Virus record (IMG/VR): IMGVR_UViG_2778261267_000001
Length of the DNA: 40,147 bases
Strand: one strand, 5' to 3'
Origin: a virus
Lineage: Duplodnaviria; Heunggongvirae; Uroviricota; Caudoviricetes
The position numbers and the translations under genes are program-made. The notes below the pieces were generated by a model. It did no database searches. It saw nothing but the letters and a program-made list of their open reading frames with translations, and was not told the DNA's origin. Of this stretch, positions 16,597 through 25,783 are shown piece by piece (the stretch's first letter is position 1; the number at the start of each line of letters is the position of its first letter).

Positions 16597-16803
16597 ATGT
16601 GCATGGGTAGCTCACCATCAGTGCCTGCAACACCAGAAGTTCAGGCAGCACCACAGGAGCAGGATGCCGCCGTTGTTGATGCCCGCGACGAAGAAACTCG
16701 TCGCCGTCGCGCTGCTGCTGGTCGTAGTTCTACGCTGCTTACCGGTTCTCAGGGCGACACATCAACCGCTAATACCAGCGGTAAAACGCTGCTTGGTCAG
16801 TAA
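16597..16803 (+). CDS. Hypothetical small Ser/Ala-rich protein (68 aa), first gene of the structural block
   Basis: ORF whose translation initiation region (CGGAGTCATTGA-N-ATG) is duplicated exactly in front of the portal gene. Confidence 0.5.
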   Translation: MCMGSSPSVPATPEVQAAPQEQDAAVVDARDEETRRRRAAAGRSSTLLTGSQGDTSTANTSGKTLLGQ

Positions 16804-16817
16804 CCGGAGTCATTGAA

Positions 16818-18497
16818 ATGGCGGAAACAACTAAAGAGCGATTGAACAAACAGTTCGCACAACTTGAAAGCGAGCGTCAGTCGTTCGAGCCGCACTGGCG
16901 CGAGTTGAGTGATTACATCAACCCGCGTGGTTCCCGCTTTCTGACTTCTGAGGTCAACCGTAACGATCGACGCAATACGCGCATTATTGATTCGACCGGG
17001 ACTATGGCGGCGCGTACTCTCGCCAGCGGCATGATGTCTGGTATCACAAGCCCCGCCCGTCCGTGGTTTCGCCTGGCTACGCCAGATCCTGAAATGATGG
17101 ATTATGGCCCTGTTAAGTTGTGGCTTGAGGCGGTGCAGAACCGCATGAACGATATGTTCAATAAGTCGAATCTCTACCAGTCTCTTCCGCAGTTATACGG
17201 AAGCCTCGGCACATACAGCACTGGTGCAATGGCGGTGCTGGAGGATGACGAGGACATCATTCGCACAATGCCATTCCCGATAGGCAGTTACTACCTGGCT
17301 AACTCACCTCGTGGCAGTGTGGACACCTGTTTTCGCAAGTTCTCTATGACTGTTCGTCAGCTTGTTCAGGAATTCGGACTAAATAACGTCAGCGAATCCG
17401 TAAAAAGCATGTGGGAAAGCGGCACCTACGAGAAGTGGATTGAAGTGATGCATTCGGTTTACCCGAACATTGACCGCGATACATCGAAGCTGGATAGCAA
17501 GAACAAGCCATTCAAATCGGTTTATTACGAGGTTGGTGGCGATAACGACAAGTTGTTGCGTGAGTCCGGATTCGATGAGTTTCCAATTATGGCTCCGCGC
17601 TGGGAAGTTAATGGCGAAGATGTTTATGGATCATCATGCCCGGGTATGCTGGCGCTTGGACCTGTTAAGGCATTGCAGCTTCTTCAGAAGCGCAAGTCGC
17701 AGTTGATTGATAAAGCCACCAATCCGCCGATGGTTGCTCCGACTTCCCTCAAGAATCAGCGCGCCTCCCTTCTTCCTGGCGACATCACGTATATCGATCA
17801 GATTACTGGTCAGGATGGTTTCAGGCCTGCTTATCTGGTTAACCCCAGTACAGCAGATTTGGTGGCAGACATTCAGGACACTCGTCAAATCATTAACAGC
17901 GCCTACTTTGTCGATCTGTTCATGATGTTGCAGAACATCAATACCCGCTCGATGCCTGTTGAAGCGGTGATCGAAATGAAAGAAGAAAAACTTCTGATGT
18001 TGGGGCCGGTTCTGGAGCGTCTGAACGACGAATGTCTTAATCCTCTCATTGACCGCGCTTTCTCGATGATGGTGCGTAAAAACATGCTGCCGCCACCGCC
18101 TGACGCGATGGAAGGTATGCCCCTGAAGGTCGAATACATTTCCGTCATGGCTCAGGCGCAGAAGTCTATCGGCCTGTCCAGTCTGGCATCCACGGTCAAC
18201 TTCATTGGTCAACTTGCGCAAGCGAAACCAGAAGCTCTCGACAAACTCAACGTTGATCAGGCGATCGATGCATTCGCTGATATGTCCGGAGTGTCTCCAA
18301 CCGTCATTGTTCCGCAGGAACAGGTTGAGCAGGCTCGCCAGCAACGGGCACAGCAACAACAGCAGCAACAAATGATGGCGATGGGGATGGCGGCGGCACA
18401 GGGTGCCAAGACGCTAAGCGAAGCTAAAACTTCGGATCCGAGTGTTTTGTCAGCTATGGCGAATGCAGTTAGTGGTCAGGGTGGGCAATCACAATGA
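16818..18497 (+). CDS. Portal / head-to-tail connector protein (podovirus T7 gp8-like)
   Basis: 559-aa ORF; size and the Q/M/A-rich C-terminal tail (QQRAQQQQQQQMMAMGMAAAQGA) recall the T7 gp8 C-terminus; position after the terminases. Confidence 0.8.
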   Translation: MAETTKERLNKQFAQLESERQSFEPHWRELSDYINPRGSRFLTSEVNRNDRRNTRIIDSTGTMAARTLASGMMSGITSPARPWFRLATPDPEMMDYGPVKLWLEAVQNRMNDMFNKSNLYQSLPQLYGSLGTYSTGAMAVLEDDEDIIRTMPFPIGSYYLANSPRGSVDTCFRKFSMTVRQLVQEFGLNNVSESVKSMWESGTYEKWIEVMHSVYPNIDRDTSKLDSKNKPFKSVYYEVGGDNDKLLRESGFDEFPIMAPRWEVNGEDVYGSSCPGMLALGPVKALQLLQKRKSQLIDKATNPPMVAPTSLKNQRASLLPGDITYIDQITGQDGFRPAYLVNPSTADLVADIQDTRQIINSAYFVDLFMMLQNINTRSMPVEAVIEMKEEKLLMLGPVLERLNDECLNPLIDRAFSMMVRKNMLPPPPDAMEGMPLKVEYISVMAQAQKSIGLSSLASTVNFIGQLAQAKPEALDKLNVDQAIDAFADMSGVSPTVIVPQEQVEQARQQRAQQQQQQQMMAMGMAAAQGAKTLSEAKTSDPSVLSAMANAVSGQGGQSQ

Positions 18498-18790
18498 CAG
18501 ATTACGAAGACGATCAACTGAAAGAAGAAAACGCCCGTAAGCAACGTGACATGGCACAGCGTGAAATTGATGACATTTGCTTTGTCATGAGCAGTGAACA
18601 AGGGCGTCGCGTTGTCTGGTCTGTGCTGGAGAAAGGCCGGGTGTTTTCCGCTATCTCTCCGATGGATGCTATGGCAATGGCATTTAATGAGGGGCAACGC
18701 AATCTGGCGCTGGAACTGTTTCAGCGCGTTATGGCGCATTGCCCTGAACAGTATTTGAAGATGGCCAAAGAGGCCAGTGAACAGGAGTGA
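18494..18790 (+). CDS. Hypothetical protein (98 aa) between portal and scaffold
   Basis: ORF with start/stop overlaps on both sides; acidic N-terminus. Confidence 0.5.
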   Translation: MTDYEDDQLKEENARKQRDMAQREIDDICFVMSSEQGRRVVWSVLEKGRVFSAISPMDAMAMAFNEGQRNLALELFQRVMAHCPEQYLKMAKEASEQE

Positions 18791-19488
18791 TCATGAATTT
18801 ATTTGAGCGTTTGCTGTATCGCCGTCTTTGTAATGAGCAACCAGTCGATGGTGGAGCAGCTCCGGCTGCGTCAGAACCGTCAGCGCCTGCAGGTGATAAC
18901 CCTGCTCCAGTTGGTGATCCATCACAACCGGAAGGTGATAAGCCACAACCTGTTGCTGATGGCGATAAACCTGCTGATGACAAAAAGCCTGAAAACGATA
19001 AGCAGGATGAAAAAAAGGGCGGCGATAAACCAGAGGGTGCGCCTGAGAAGTACGAGTTTCAGGCTGCCGAAGGCGTAGATCTGGATACAGAAGCGTTGAA
19101 GGAATTCGAGCCGGTGGCGCGAGAACTTAACCTGACCAACGAGCAAGCGCAAAAGCTGGTTGATGCTTATCCGAAGATTCTGGCAGGTGTTCAGCAGCGC
19201 CAGGCAGAAGCCTGGCAGAAAACAACCGAGCAGTGGGCTGCGGATGTAAAAGCTGACAAAGAAATCGGTGGCGACAAGTTGATTTCTAACCTTAGCGCCG
19301 CACAGCGTGCGCTTGACCAGTTCGGGACACCTGAACTCAAAGAATATCTGAACACCACCGGGCTGGGTAATCACCCTGATCTGGTCAAAACGTTCGTGAA
19401 AATCGGAAAGGCGATGTCTGAAGATGGCATGGTCACCGGTGGTAATGAAGGCCAGCGTAGTGCGGCCGAAGTGCTCTATGGCAAATAA
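18787..19488 (+). CDS. Scaffolding protein (putative)
   Basis: 233-aa acidic, Pro/Asp/Lys-rich low-complexity protein encoded by GGTGATAA-type nucleotide repeats, immediately upstream of the capsid gene. Confidence 0.6.
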   Translation: MIMNLFERLLYRRLCNEQPVDGGAAPAASEPSAPAGDNPAPVGDPSQPEGDKPQPVADGDKPADDKKPENDKQDEKKGGDKPEGAPEKYEFQAAEGVDLDTEALKEFEPVARELNLTNEQAQKLVDAYPKILAGVQQRQAEAWQKTTEQWAADVKADKEIGGDKLISNLSAAQRALDQFGTPELKEYLNTTGLGNHPDLVKTFVKIGKAMSEDGMVTGGNEGQRSAAEVLYGK

Positions 19489-19496
19489 GAGAGGAA

Positions 19497-20489
19497 ATGA
19501 CAATGGCTGTTAAAGGCTTAACTGCGCTAACGCTGGCTGACTGGGGTAAGCGCGTCGATCCAAACGGGAAAGTCGATAAGATTATCGAGCTTCTCGGTCA
19601 AACTAACCCGATCCTTCAGGATATGCCTTTTGTCGAAGGGAACCTTCCTACCGGACACCGAACCACCATTCGTTCTGGTTTACCTTCAGCTACCTGGCGT
19701 TTGCTGAACTATGGCGTACAGCCAAGCAAATCAACCACAGTGCAGGTAACCGATTCCGTTGGCATGCTGGAAACCTATGCTGAAGTCGATAAATCACTGG
19801 CTGATCTGAACGGCAATACCGCTGAATTCCGCCTGTCTGAAGACCGCGCATTTATTGAAGCGATGAATCAGCAGATGGCGCAGACGCTGTTTTATGGTGA
19901 TTCCAGCGTTAACCCTCAGCAGTTTATGGGACTGTCCTCCCGCTATTCCAGCCTGTCTGCGGGTAATGCTCAGAACATCATTGATGCTGGTGGCACGGGT
20001 ACAGATAACACCTCAATCTGGTTAGTGGTGTGGGGCGAAAACACCGTGCATGGCATCTTCCCGAAAGGGCAGAAGGCTGGCATCCAGATGGAAGATAAAG
20101 GCCAGGTGACACTGGAAGATGCTAATGGCGGCAAGTACGAAGGCTATCGCACCCATTACAAATGGGACAACGGACTTGCTCTGCGTGACTGGCGTTATGT
20201 TGTTCGCATTGCAAACATCGATGTCAGCAATCTTTCAGAACCTTCCTCTGCCGCAAATATTGCGAAGTTGATGGTTAAAGCACTGCATCGCATTCCAAAC
20301 CGTGGAATGGGTCGCCCGGTGTTCTACATGAACCGCACTGTAGGCCAGGCTCTTGATCTGCAATCTCTGGAGAAAACATCTCTGGCGATCAGCGTAAAAG
20401 AGACAGAAGGCGAGTGGTGGACTTCATTCCGTGGTGTACCAATCCGTGAAACTGATGCGCTTCTGGAAACAGAAGCCCGTGTGGTGTAA
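19497..20489 (+). CDS. Major capsid protein
   Basis: 330-aa ORF after the scaffold gene with a strong RBS (AGAGGAAATGA); assignment by position and size in the portal-scaffold-capsid order. Confidence 0.75.
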   Translation: MTMAVKGLTALTLADWGKRVDPNGKVDKIIELLGQTNPILQDMPFVEGNLPTGHRTTIRSGLPSATWRLLNYGVQPSKSTTVQVTDSVGMLETYAEVDKSLADLNGNTAEFRLSEDRAFIEAMNQQMAQTLFYGDSSVNPQQFMGLSSRYSSLSAGNAQNIIDAGGTGTDNTSIWLVVWGENTVHGIFPKGQKAGIQMEDKGQVTLEDANGGKYEGYRTHYKWDNGLALRDWRYVVRIANIDVSNLSEPSSAANIAKLMVKALHRIPNRGMGRPVFYMNRTVGQALDLQSLEKTSLAISVKETEGEWWTSFRGVPIRETDALLETEARVV

Positions 20490-20540
20490 CGCCTGTTATT
20501 AACCAGTGGGTCGTAACAGACCCACTAATGGAGAAAGAAG

Positions 20541-20978
20541 ATGATCACCGACAAACTGTTGATGTTCTCCGAAGCACAGGCGGTAACTGATACCGCGGCT
20601 TCTACTGACGTAATCGATCTAGGTCCAATTGATGGAAATCGTCGCGATATCGGCGTGGGTTACCCGCTTGAGTTTTGGGCGCTGGTTAACGAAGCCGCCA
20701 CGGCAAGTGGTGAGGCAACTGTAAACATCCAGTTGCAGACGAGTGAGAATAACAGCTCATGGTCCACTATTTATGATAGTGGCGCACTGGCAAAGGCTAC
20801 CCTGACAGCAGGTAAACGAGTTGTTTCTGCAAAGGTGCCTGCCGGTGTTCAGCGATATCTGCGTGTTAACTACTCCGTCGCAACTGGCCCACTAACGGCC
20901 GGCAAATTCACTGCGGGTATTAGTCTGGATGTTGATGCCAATACACCGTACCCGATCCGCTCAAAAGTAACTGGTTAA
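20541..20978 (+). CDS. Virion protein, possible capsid decoration/stapling protein
   Basis: 145-aa Thr/Ala/Val-rich beta-type protein directly after the capsid gene (GGAGAAAGAAGATG RBS); function by position only. Confidence 0.45.
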   Translation: MITDKLLMFSEAQAVTDTAASTDVIDLGPIDGNRRDIGVGYPLEFWALVNEAATASGEATVNIQLQTSENNSSWSTIYDSGALAKATLTAGKRVVSAKVPAGVQRYLRVNYSVATGPLTAGKFTAGISLDVDANTPYPIRSKVTG

Positions 20979-20988
20979 GGTGATTTCG

Positions 20989-21324
20989 ATGTCAGGTGAG
21001 AAACCAAGATACCGCGTTCTGCGCCTCTCTCATATCCATAACACACTGTGGCCGGAGGGGGCAGAAATCGAATACGAAGGTGAGCCTGGTAGCGCACTGG
21101 AACCTGTTAACGATGCAGCCAGACAGGCAAAAGCAAAGGTAGCAGGAAAGGTGACTATGGCAGCAACCAGCACCAAAATCATCAACGATGTGTCAGATGA
21201 TGGTGAACTGGATAAGCTCCGTGAAGAGTACGAATTGCTCTTTAACGAGAAGCCACACCATAACGCCAAAGCCGAAACGCTCCGCGAGAAGATCGCAGAT
21301 AAGCGTAAAGAACTGGGCGTGTAA
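20989..21324 (+). CDS. Hypothetical virion-block protein (111 aa)
   Basis: ORF with AAGGTG RBS before the ATG at 20989; followed by a terminator. Confidence 0.5.
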   Translation: MSGEKPRYRVLRLSHIHNTLWPEGAEIEYEGEPGSALEPVNDAARQAKAKVAGKVTMAATSTKIINDVSDDGELDKLREEYELLFNEKPHHNAKAETLREKIADKRKELGV

Positions 21325-21340
21325 GCCTCGCGAATCAGAC

Positions 21341-21362
21341 AAGGGGCTTCGGCCCCTTTATT
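21341..21362 (+). terminator. Intrinsic terminator/attenuator after the capsid gene group
   Basis: GGGGC-TTCG-GCCCC hairpin (21343-21356) followed by TTTATT. Confidence 0.7.
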
Positions 21363-21374
21363 GCAGGAGTGTAT

Positions 21375-21698
21375 ATGGAACTCGTAAACCTCAAAACCGG
21401 CACTGACAGCTACCAGGATGAGAGCGGAGAAACCAGAACTCGCGATGAATACCCGTGGGGGCTGTGCATCACTCTTAATAACGACACATTGAATAAGCTG
21501 AAGGCGCAACCTCAGGGCGTCGGAACAGAAGTGATGATAACTGCAAAGGCTGTTATTCGAGGCCTGTCTGCCAGAGAAACTGACGATGGTGTTAATCGCA
21601 GCGCCGATCTGCAGATCACTGATATGGCGATCGCTCCTGTTTCCGGGGATGTAGAAAAATCAGCGGCTGAAACTCTGTACGGTAACGGAGGTGAGTGA
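21375..21698 (+). CDS. Hypothetical virion-block protein (107 aa)
   Basis: ORF with AGGAG RBS 5 nt before the ATG at 21375. Confidence 0.5.
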   Translation: MELVNLKTGTDSYQDESGETRTRDEYPWGLCITLNNDTLNKLKAQPQGVGTEVMITAKAVIRGLSARETDDGVNRSADLQITDMAIAPVSGDVEKSAAETLYGNGGE

Positions 21699-22303
21699 TG
21701 GCCTCTGTAGTAGAGATCTGTAATCGTGCGCTGTCCAATATTGGCAATAGCCGCAGCATTAACAGCCTGACGGAAGCCAGCAAGGAAGCGGGGGAATGTT
21801 CGCTGCACTTTGAGGCCTGCCGTGATGCTGTGCTTTCTGATTTTGACTGGAACTTTGCTACCAAACGCGTGGCGCTTGCAGATACGAGCAATCCACCGCC
21901 TGACTGGGAATATGCGTACCAGTACCCGTCAGATTGTCTGCGCATTACTGAAATTATGCTTCCTGGTGTACGCAATCCAACAGCAGCAATGCGCGTTCAG
22001 TACGAAGTTGGTGCAGACACCGACGGAACAGGAAAGTTGATCTACACAGACCAGCCGCAGGCATGGCTCAAGTATGTCTCTCGCGTTTCAGATGTGAACA
22101 TGTTTGATGCCATTTTTATGGAGGCGTTGGCCTGGCGTCTTGCGGCAGCTATTAACATGGCGCTGACTGGGAATGCAGACCTCGGTACGTTTGCCCTCAA
22201 TATGTACAATCGCGTGATTCTTAGTGCTGGCTCGCATAGCCAGAATGAATCACAGGAACCACAGCCACCGGTTGATGAGTTTACCATTGCGAGGTTGTCC
22301 TGA
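21698..22303 (+). CDS. Tail tubular protein A-like (T7 gp11 position) - putative
   Basis: 201 aa with GGAGGTGAG RBS; call rests on size and on the gene order portal-scaffold-capsid-gp11-gp12 matching T7. Confidence 0.45.
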   Translation: MASVVEICNRALSNIGNSRSINSLTEASKEAGECSLHFEACRDAVLSDFDWNFATKRVALADTSNPPPDWEYAYQYPSDCLRITEIMLPGVRNPTAAMRVQYEVGADTDGTGKLIYTDQPQAWLKYVSRVSDVNMFDAIFMEALAWRLAAAINMALTGNADLGTFALNMYNRVILSAGSHSQNESQEPQPPVDEFTIARLS

Positions 22304-24774
22304 TGGCTATCAGTTGGATCCAGCCCAGCTTTGCCGGTGGTGAGATTGGACCGTCGTTGTACGGACGTATCGACATGGCGAAGTACCAGGTGGCATTGCG
22401 CAAGTGCGATAACTTTATCGTGCGGCAGTATGGCGGCGTTGAGAATCGACCTGGTACGCGTTTTGTCGGTGCCGCCAAATACCCAAATCGGAAATGCCGC
22501 CTGATCCCGTTCCAGTTCTCGACGGTTCAGACTTATGCTCTGGAGTTCGGACACCAGTACATGCGTGTTATCAAAGATGGTGCGTTGGTGCTGAACAGCA
22601 GTAATGTTATTTATGAAATTGCCACGCCATATACTGAAGCCGATCTGTTCCTAATTAAATTCACGCAAAGCGCAGACGTGCTTACGCTGGTTCATCCGGC
22701 ATACCCGCCGAAAGAGTTGCGACGTTATGCGCATGACAACTGGCAACTGGTTGATGTGGTAACGAAGAACGGGCCATTTGAAGATATCAATATTGACGAG
22801 TCAGTGACGGTTTATGCCAGCGCCAGCACCGGGACAATTACGTTAACGGCAAGCGCCTCTATTTTTGGCGCGGAGCAGGTAGGCAAATTGTTCTATCTGG
22901 AACAGCCAGCAGTGGATTCAGTACCGGTATGGGAAACCAGTAAGAGTACGTCGATTGGCGATATTCGCCGTGCAGACAGTAACTACTATCGCGCCGTTAC
23001 AGCAGGCAAAACAGGTACTTTGCGCCCTTCGCATACAGAAGGCACATCATGGGATGGCTGGGGCGGATCCGGTGATGATGATACTGGCATTGAGTGGGAA
23101 TATCTGCACAGTGGTTTTGGCATTGCCCGTATCACTGCTGCAAATGGCACTACTGCAACTGCTGAGGTGATTTCCTATATCCCTTCGCAGGTCGTTGGCG
23201 AGGATAATGCCAGCTATAAATGGGCTAAATATGCCTGGAACAGTGTTAATGGTTATCCTGGCACTGTTGTTTATTATCAACAACGTCTTTACTTCGCCGC
23301 ATCGACTGCGTTCCCTCAGACTATCTGGGCCAGCCGTACTGGGGATTATAAGGATTTTGGCAAAAGCAATCCTACGCAGGATGACGACAGAATTATCTAC
23401 ACCTATGCCGGACGTCAGGTTAATGAGATCCGCCACCTGATTGATGTTGGTTCGCTGGTGGCGCTGACTTCCGGAGGTGAGTACGTCATTACCGGCGACC
23501 AGAACAAAGTATTAACCCCATCATCATTTGCATTCAGTTCTCAGGGATCAAATGGCTCAAGCAACGTCCCACCAATTGCCGTGGCGAATATTGCTCTGTT
23601 CGTCCAGGAGAAAGGCAGTGTTGTCCGTGATCTGGCCTACTCATTCGATGTTGACGGCTATCAGGGGAACGACCTGACCATCCTTGCCAATCATCTTTTT
23701 CAGAAGCACAGCATTGTTGACTGGTGCTTCTCTATTGTCCCTTACTCCAGCGCCTTCTGCATTCGTGATGACGGTAAATTACTGGTGATGACCTATTTGC
23801 GTGATCAGCAGGTTTTTGCATGGGCACCACAATCCAGTACCGGAAAATATGAAAGCACATGCAGTATCAGCGAAGGCAATGAAGATGCGGTGTATTTCGT
23901 CGTTAACCGAACCGTTAACGGGCAAACAGTGAGATACATCGAGCGGCTGTCCAGCCGTTTATTTACCAGCGATGAAGACGCTTTCTTTGTTGATTCTGGC
24001 CTTAGCTATGATGGAAGAAATACGTCTGACAGAACGATGACAATCACTGGTGGTTCTGGCGAATGGGATTACCGCGCGGAATATACAATCAGTATTTCTG
24101 GCGGTGCGTACTTCACCAGTAGTGATGTCGGTGCGCAACTACAGTTCCCTTATACCGGAACTGATCCTGATACTGGCGATGAAGTGTCAAAAGAATTACG
24201 TTGCGACATTATTTCTGTAACCAGCAACACCGCTGTAGTGGTTCGTGCTAACAGGAACGTCCCGCCATCCCTCAGGAATGTGGCCACCACGAACTGGCAG
24301 ATGGCGCGCCGGGCATTTGGCGGCTTGTCTCATCTTGAAGGTCAGACCGTAAACATCCTCTCTGATGCGAACGTGGAACCACAGAAAGTAGTTTCCGGAG
24401 GTGCCGTCACGCTGGAATCACCGGGGGCTGTAGTGCACATCGGCCTGCCAATAACTGCTGAATTCGAAACACTGGATATCAACATTAACGGACAGGAAAC
24501 GCTGCTGGACAAAAAACAGGTGATCCCATCCGTTACTCTGGTTGTGAATGCCAGCCGCGGCATCTGGGCGACTACGCCCGGCGGTAAATGGTACGAATAT
24601 CCACAGCGTGAATTCGAGTTCTACGATGATCCTGTTGATGACGCTACCGGAAAAGTAGAAGTGAAACTGGACAGTAACTGGGGCAAAAACGGACGTGTAA
24701 GAATCCGTCAGCTTGACCCGTTGCCGCTGTCTGTTCTTGCCGTTATTCCTCGCCTTACTGTTGGGGGATTCTGA
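22303..24774 (+). CDS. Tail tubular protein B-like / nozzle (T7 gp12 position) - putative
   Basis: 823-aa ORF (T7 gp12 is about 800 aa) following the gp11-like gene with an overlapping start. Confidence 0.45.
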   Translation: MAISWIQPSFAGGEIGPSLYGRIDMAKYQVALRKCDNFIVRQYGGVENRPGTRFVGAAKYPNRKCRLIPFQFSTVQTYALEFGHQYMRVIKDGALVLNSSNVIYEIATPYTEADLFLIKFTQSADVLTLVHPAYPPKELRRYAHDNWQLVDVVTKNGPFEDINIDESVTVYASASTGTITLTASASIFGAEQVGKLFYLEQPAVDSVPVWETSKSTSIGDIRRADSNYYRAVTAGKTGTLRPSHTEGTSWDGWGGSGDDDTGIEWEYLHSGFGIARITAANGTTATAEVISYIPSQVVGEDNASYKWAKYAWNSVNGYPGTVVYYQQRLYFAASTAFPQTIWASRTGDYKDFGKSNPTQDDDRIIYTYAGRQVNEIRHLIDVGSLVALTSGGEYVITGDQNKVLTPSSFAFSSQGSNGSSNVPPIAVANIALFVQEKGSVVRDLAYSFDVDGYQGNDLTILANHLFQKHSIVDWCFSIVPYSSAFCIRDDGKLLVMTYLRDQQVFAWAPQSSTGKYESTCSISEGNEDAVYFVVNRTVNGQTVRYIERLSSRLFTSDEDAFFVDSGLSYDGRNTSDRTMTITGGSGEWDYRAEYTISISGGAYFTSSDVGAQLQFPYTGTDPDTGDEVSKELRCDIISVTSNTAVVVRANRNVPPSLRNVATTNWQMARRAFGGLSHLEGQTVNILSDANVEPQKVVSGGAVTLESPGAVVHIGLPITAEFETLDININGQETLLDKKQVIPSVTLVVNASRGIWATTPGGKWYEYPQREFEFYDDPVDDATGKVEVKLDSNWGKNGRVRIRQLDPLPLSVLAVIPRLTVGGF

Positions 24775-25238
24775 TGATCGATGTTCGAATTGTTCCCGCT
24801 ACCGAAGAGCATCTTCAGATGATTTTGCCGGATGTTCGTCAGGCTGATATTGACGAACTGTATGCGGTATCGCTGATGACTACCGAAGATGCGCTGCGTG
24901 TTGGTCTTCGCACTGCGACTATGGCCTGGTCAGGATTTGCGAACGGAGAACTGGTAACCATGTTTGGCGTATCTCCGGCGTCAATGATCGGTGGCAATGG
25001 TACGCCCTGGCTGGTAGGAACCAGCCGTATTGAAAAATATCAGAAGACATTTCTTCGCCACTGCCGCCCTGTATTGCAGCAGATGCTGGCAGTTTATCCA
25101 CGCCTGGAAAACTACGTCGACGAGCGAAACCATGTTGCCAAAGCATGGCTGCACTGGCTTGGATTCAGGCTTGAAGAAGCCGCGCCTTATGGTGCTCTTG
25201 GTCTTAATTTCCACAGATTTCACATGGAGAGAAAATAA
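24774..25238 (+). CDS. Hypothetical virion-assembly protein (T7 gp13 position)
   Basis: 154-aa ORF with overlapping start; function by position only. Confidence 0.4.
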   Translation: MIDVRIVPATEEHLQMILPDVRQADIDELYAVSLMTTEDALRVGLRTATMAWSGFANGELVTMFGVSPASMIGGNGTPWLVGTSRIEKYQKTFLRHCRPVLQQMLAVYPRLENYVDERNHVAKAWLHWLGFRLEEAAPYGALGLNFHRFHMERK

Positions 25239-25783
25239 TGTGCGATCCGGTTATTGCTGGTGGCGCAATGCTCGCCATGAGTGGCATTCAGGCATACACC
25301 CAGTACCAACAGGGAAAGTATGCCTCGAAGGTTGCAGAAGCGAACGCAGATATAGCCACAGCTCAGGCAAATGATGCAATAAACAGAGGTAACGCTGAAG
25401 CTGAGCAACGGCGCAGAGAGACCCGACAGCGGCTTGGTACACAGGCGGCGACAATGGGGGCGACCGGCGCCGATTTATCTACCGGTAACGCGCTGGATAT
25501 ATTTGGCGACACTGCCCAGTTTGGCGCTCTTGATTCGCTGACGACGGTGAATAACGCGCAACGCGAGGCTTACGGTTATCAGGTTCAGGCTGCCAACTAT
25601 AAAGCAGAAGCCAGTTCAGCCCGTAAACAGGGGAATGTGGGAGCAGCAACAACATTGCTCACTGCGCCTCTGAAGGCATACGGTGCGTACCAGATGTTTG
25701 GTGGGACGTGGAGTCCGTTTACTCAAAGCACCCCTGCGCCAATCGGGGCAGCAGCAGGAACCAGATTACCCGGAGGATTATAA
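25238..25783 (+). CDS. Internal virion protein (T7 gp14 position) - putative
   Basis: 181-aa Ala/Gln-rich protein with a hydrophobic N-terminus; position. Confidence 0.45.
   Translation: MCDPVIAGGAMLAMSGIQAYTQYQQGKYASKVAEANADIATAQANDAINRGNAEAEQRRRETRQRLGTQAATMGATGADLSTGNALDIFGDTAQFGALDSLTTVNNAQREAYGYQVQAANYKAEASSARKQGNVGAATTLLTAPLKAYGAYQMFGGTWSPFTQSTPAPIGAAAGTRLPGGL

Noticed and set aside
17634-18371. 245-aa minus-strand ORF inside the portal gene
   Set aside because: Antisense shadow ORF; His/Arg-rich low-complexity translation, no RBS, fully overlapped by a well-supported gene.
25708-25782. N-terminal extension of the 862-aa ORF
   Set aside because: Overlaps the upstream gene in another frame; the ATG at 25783 coincides with the upstream stop (translational coupling).
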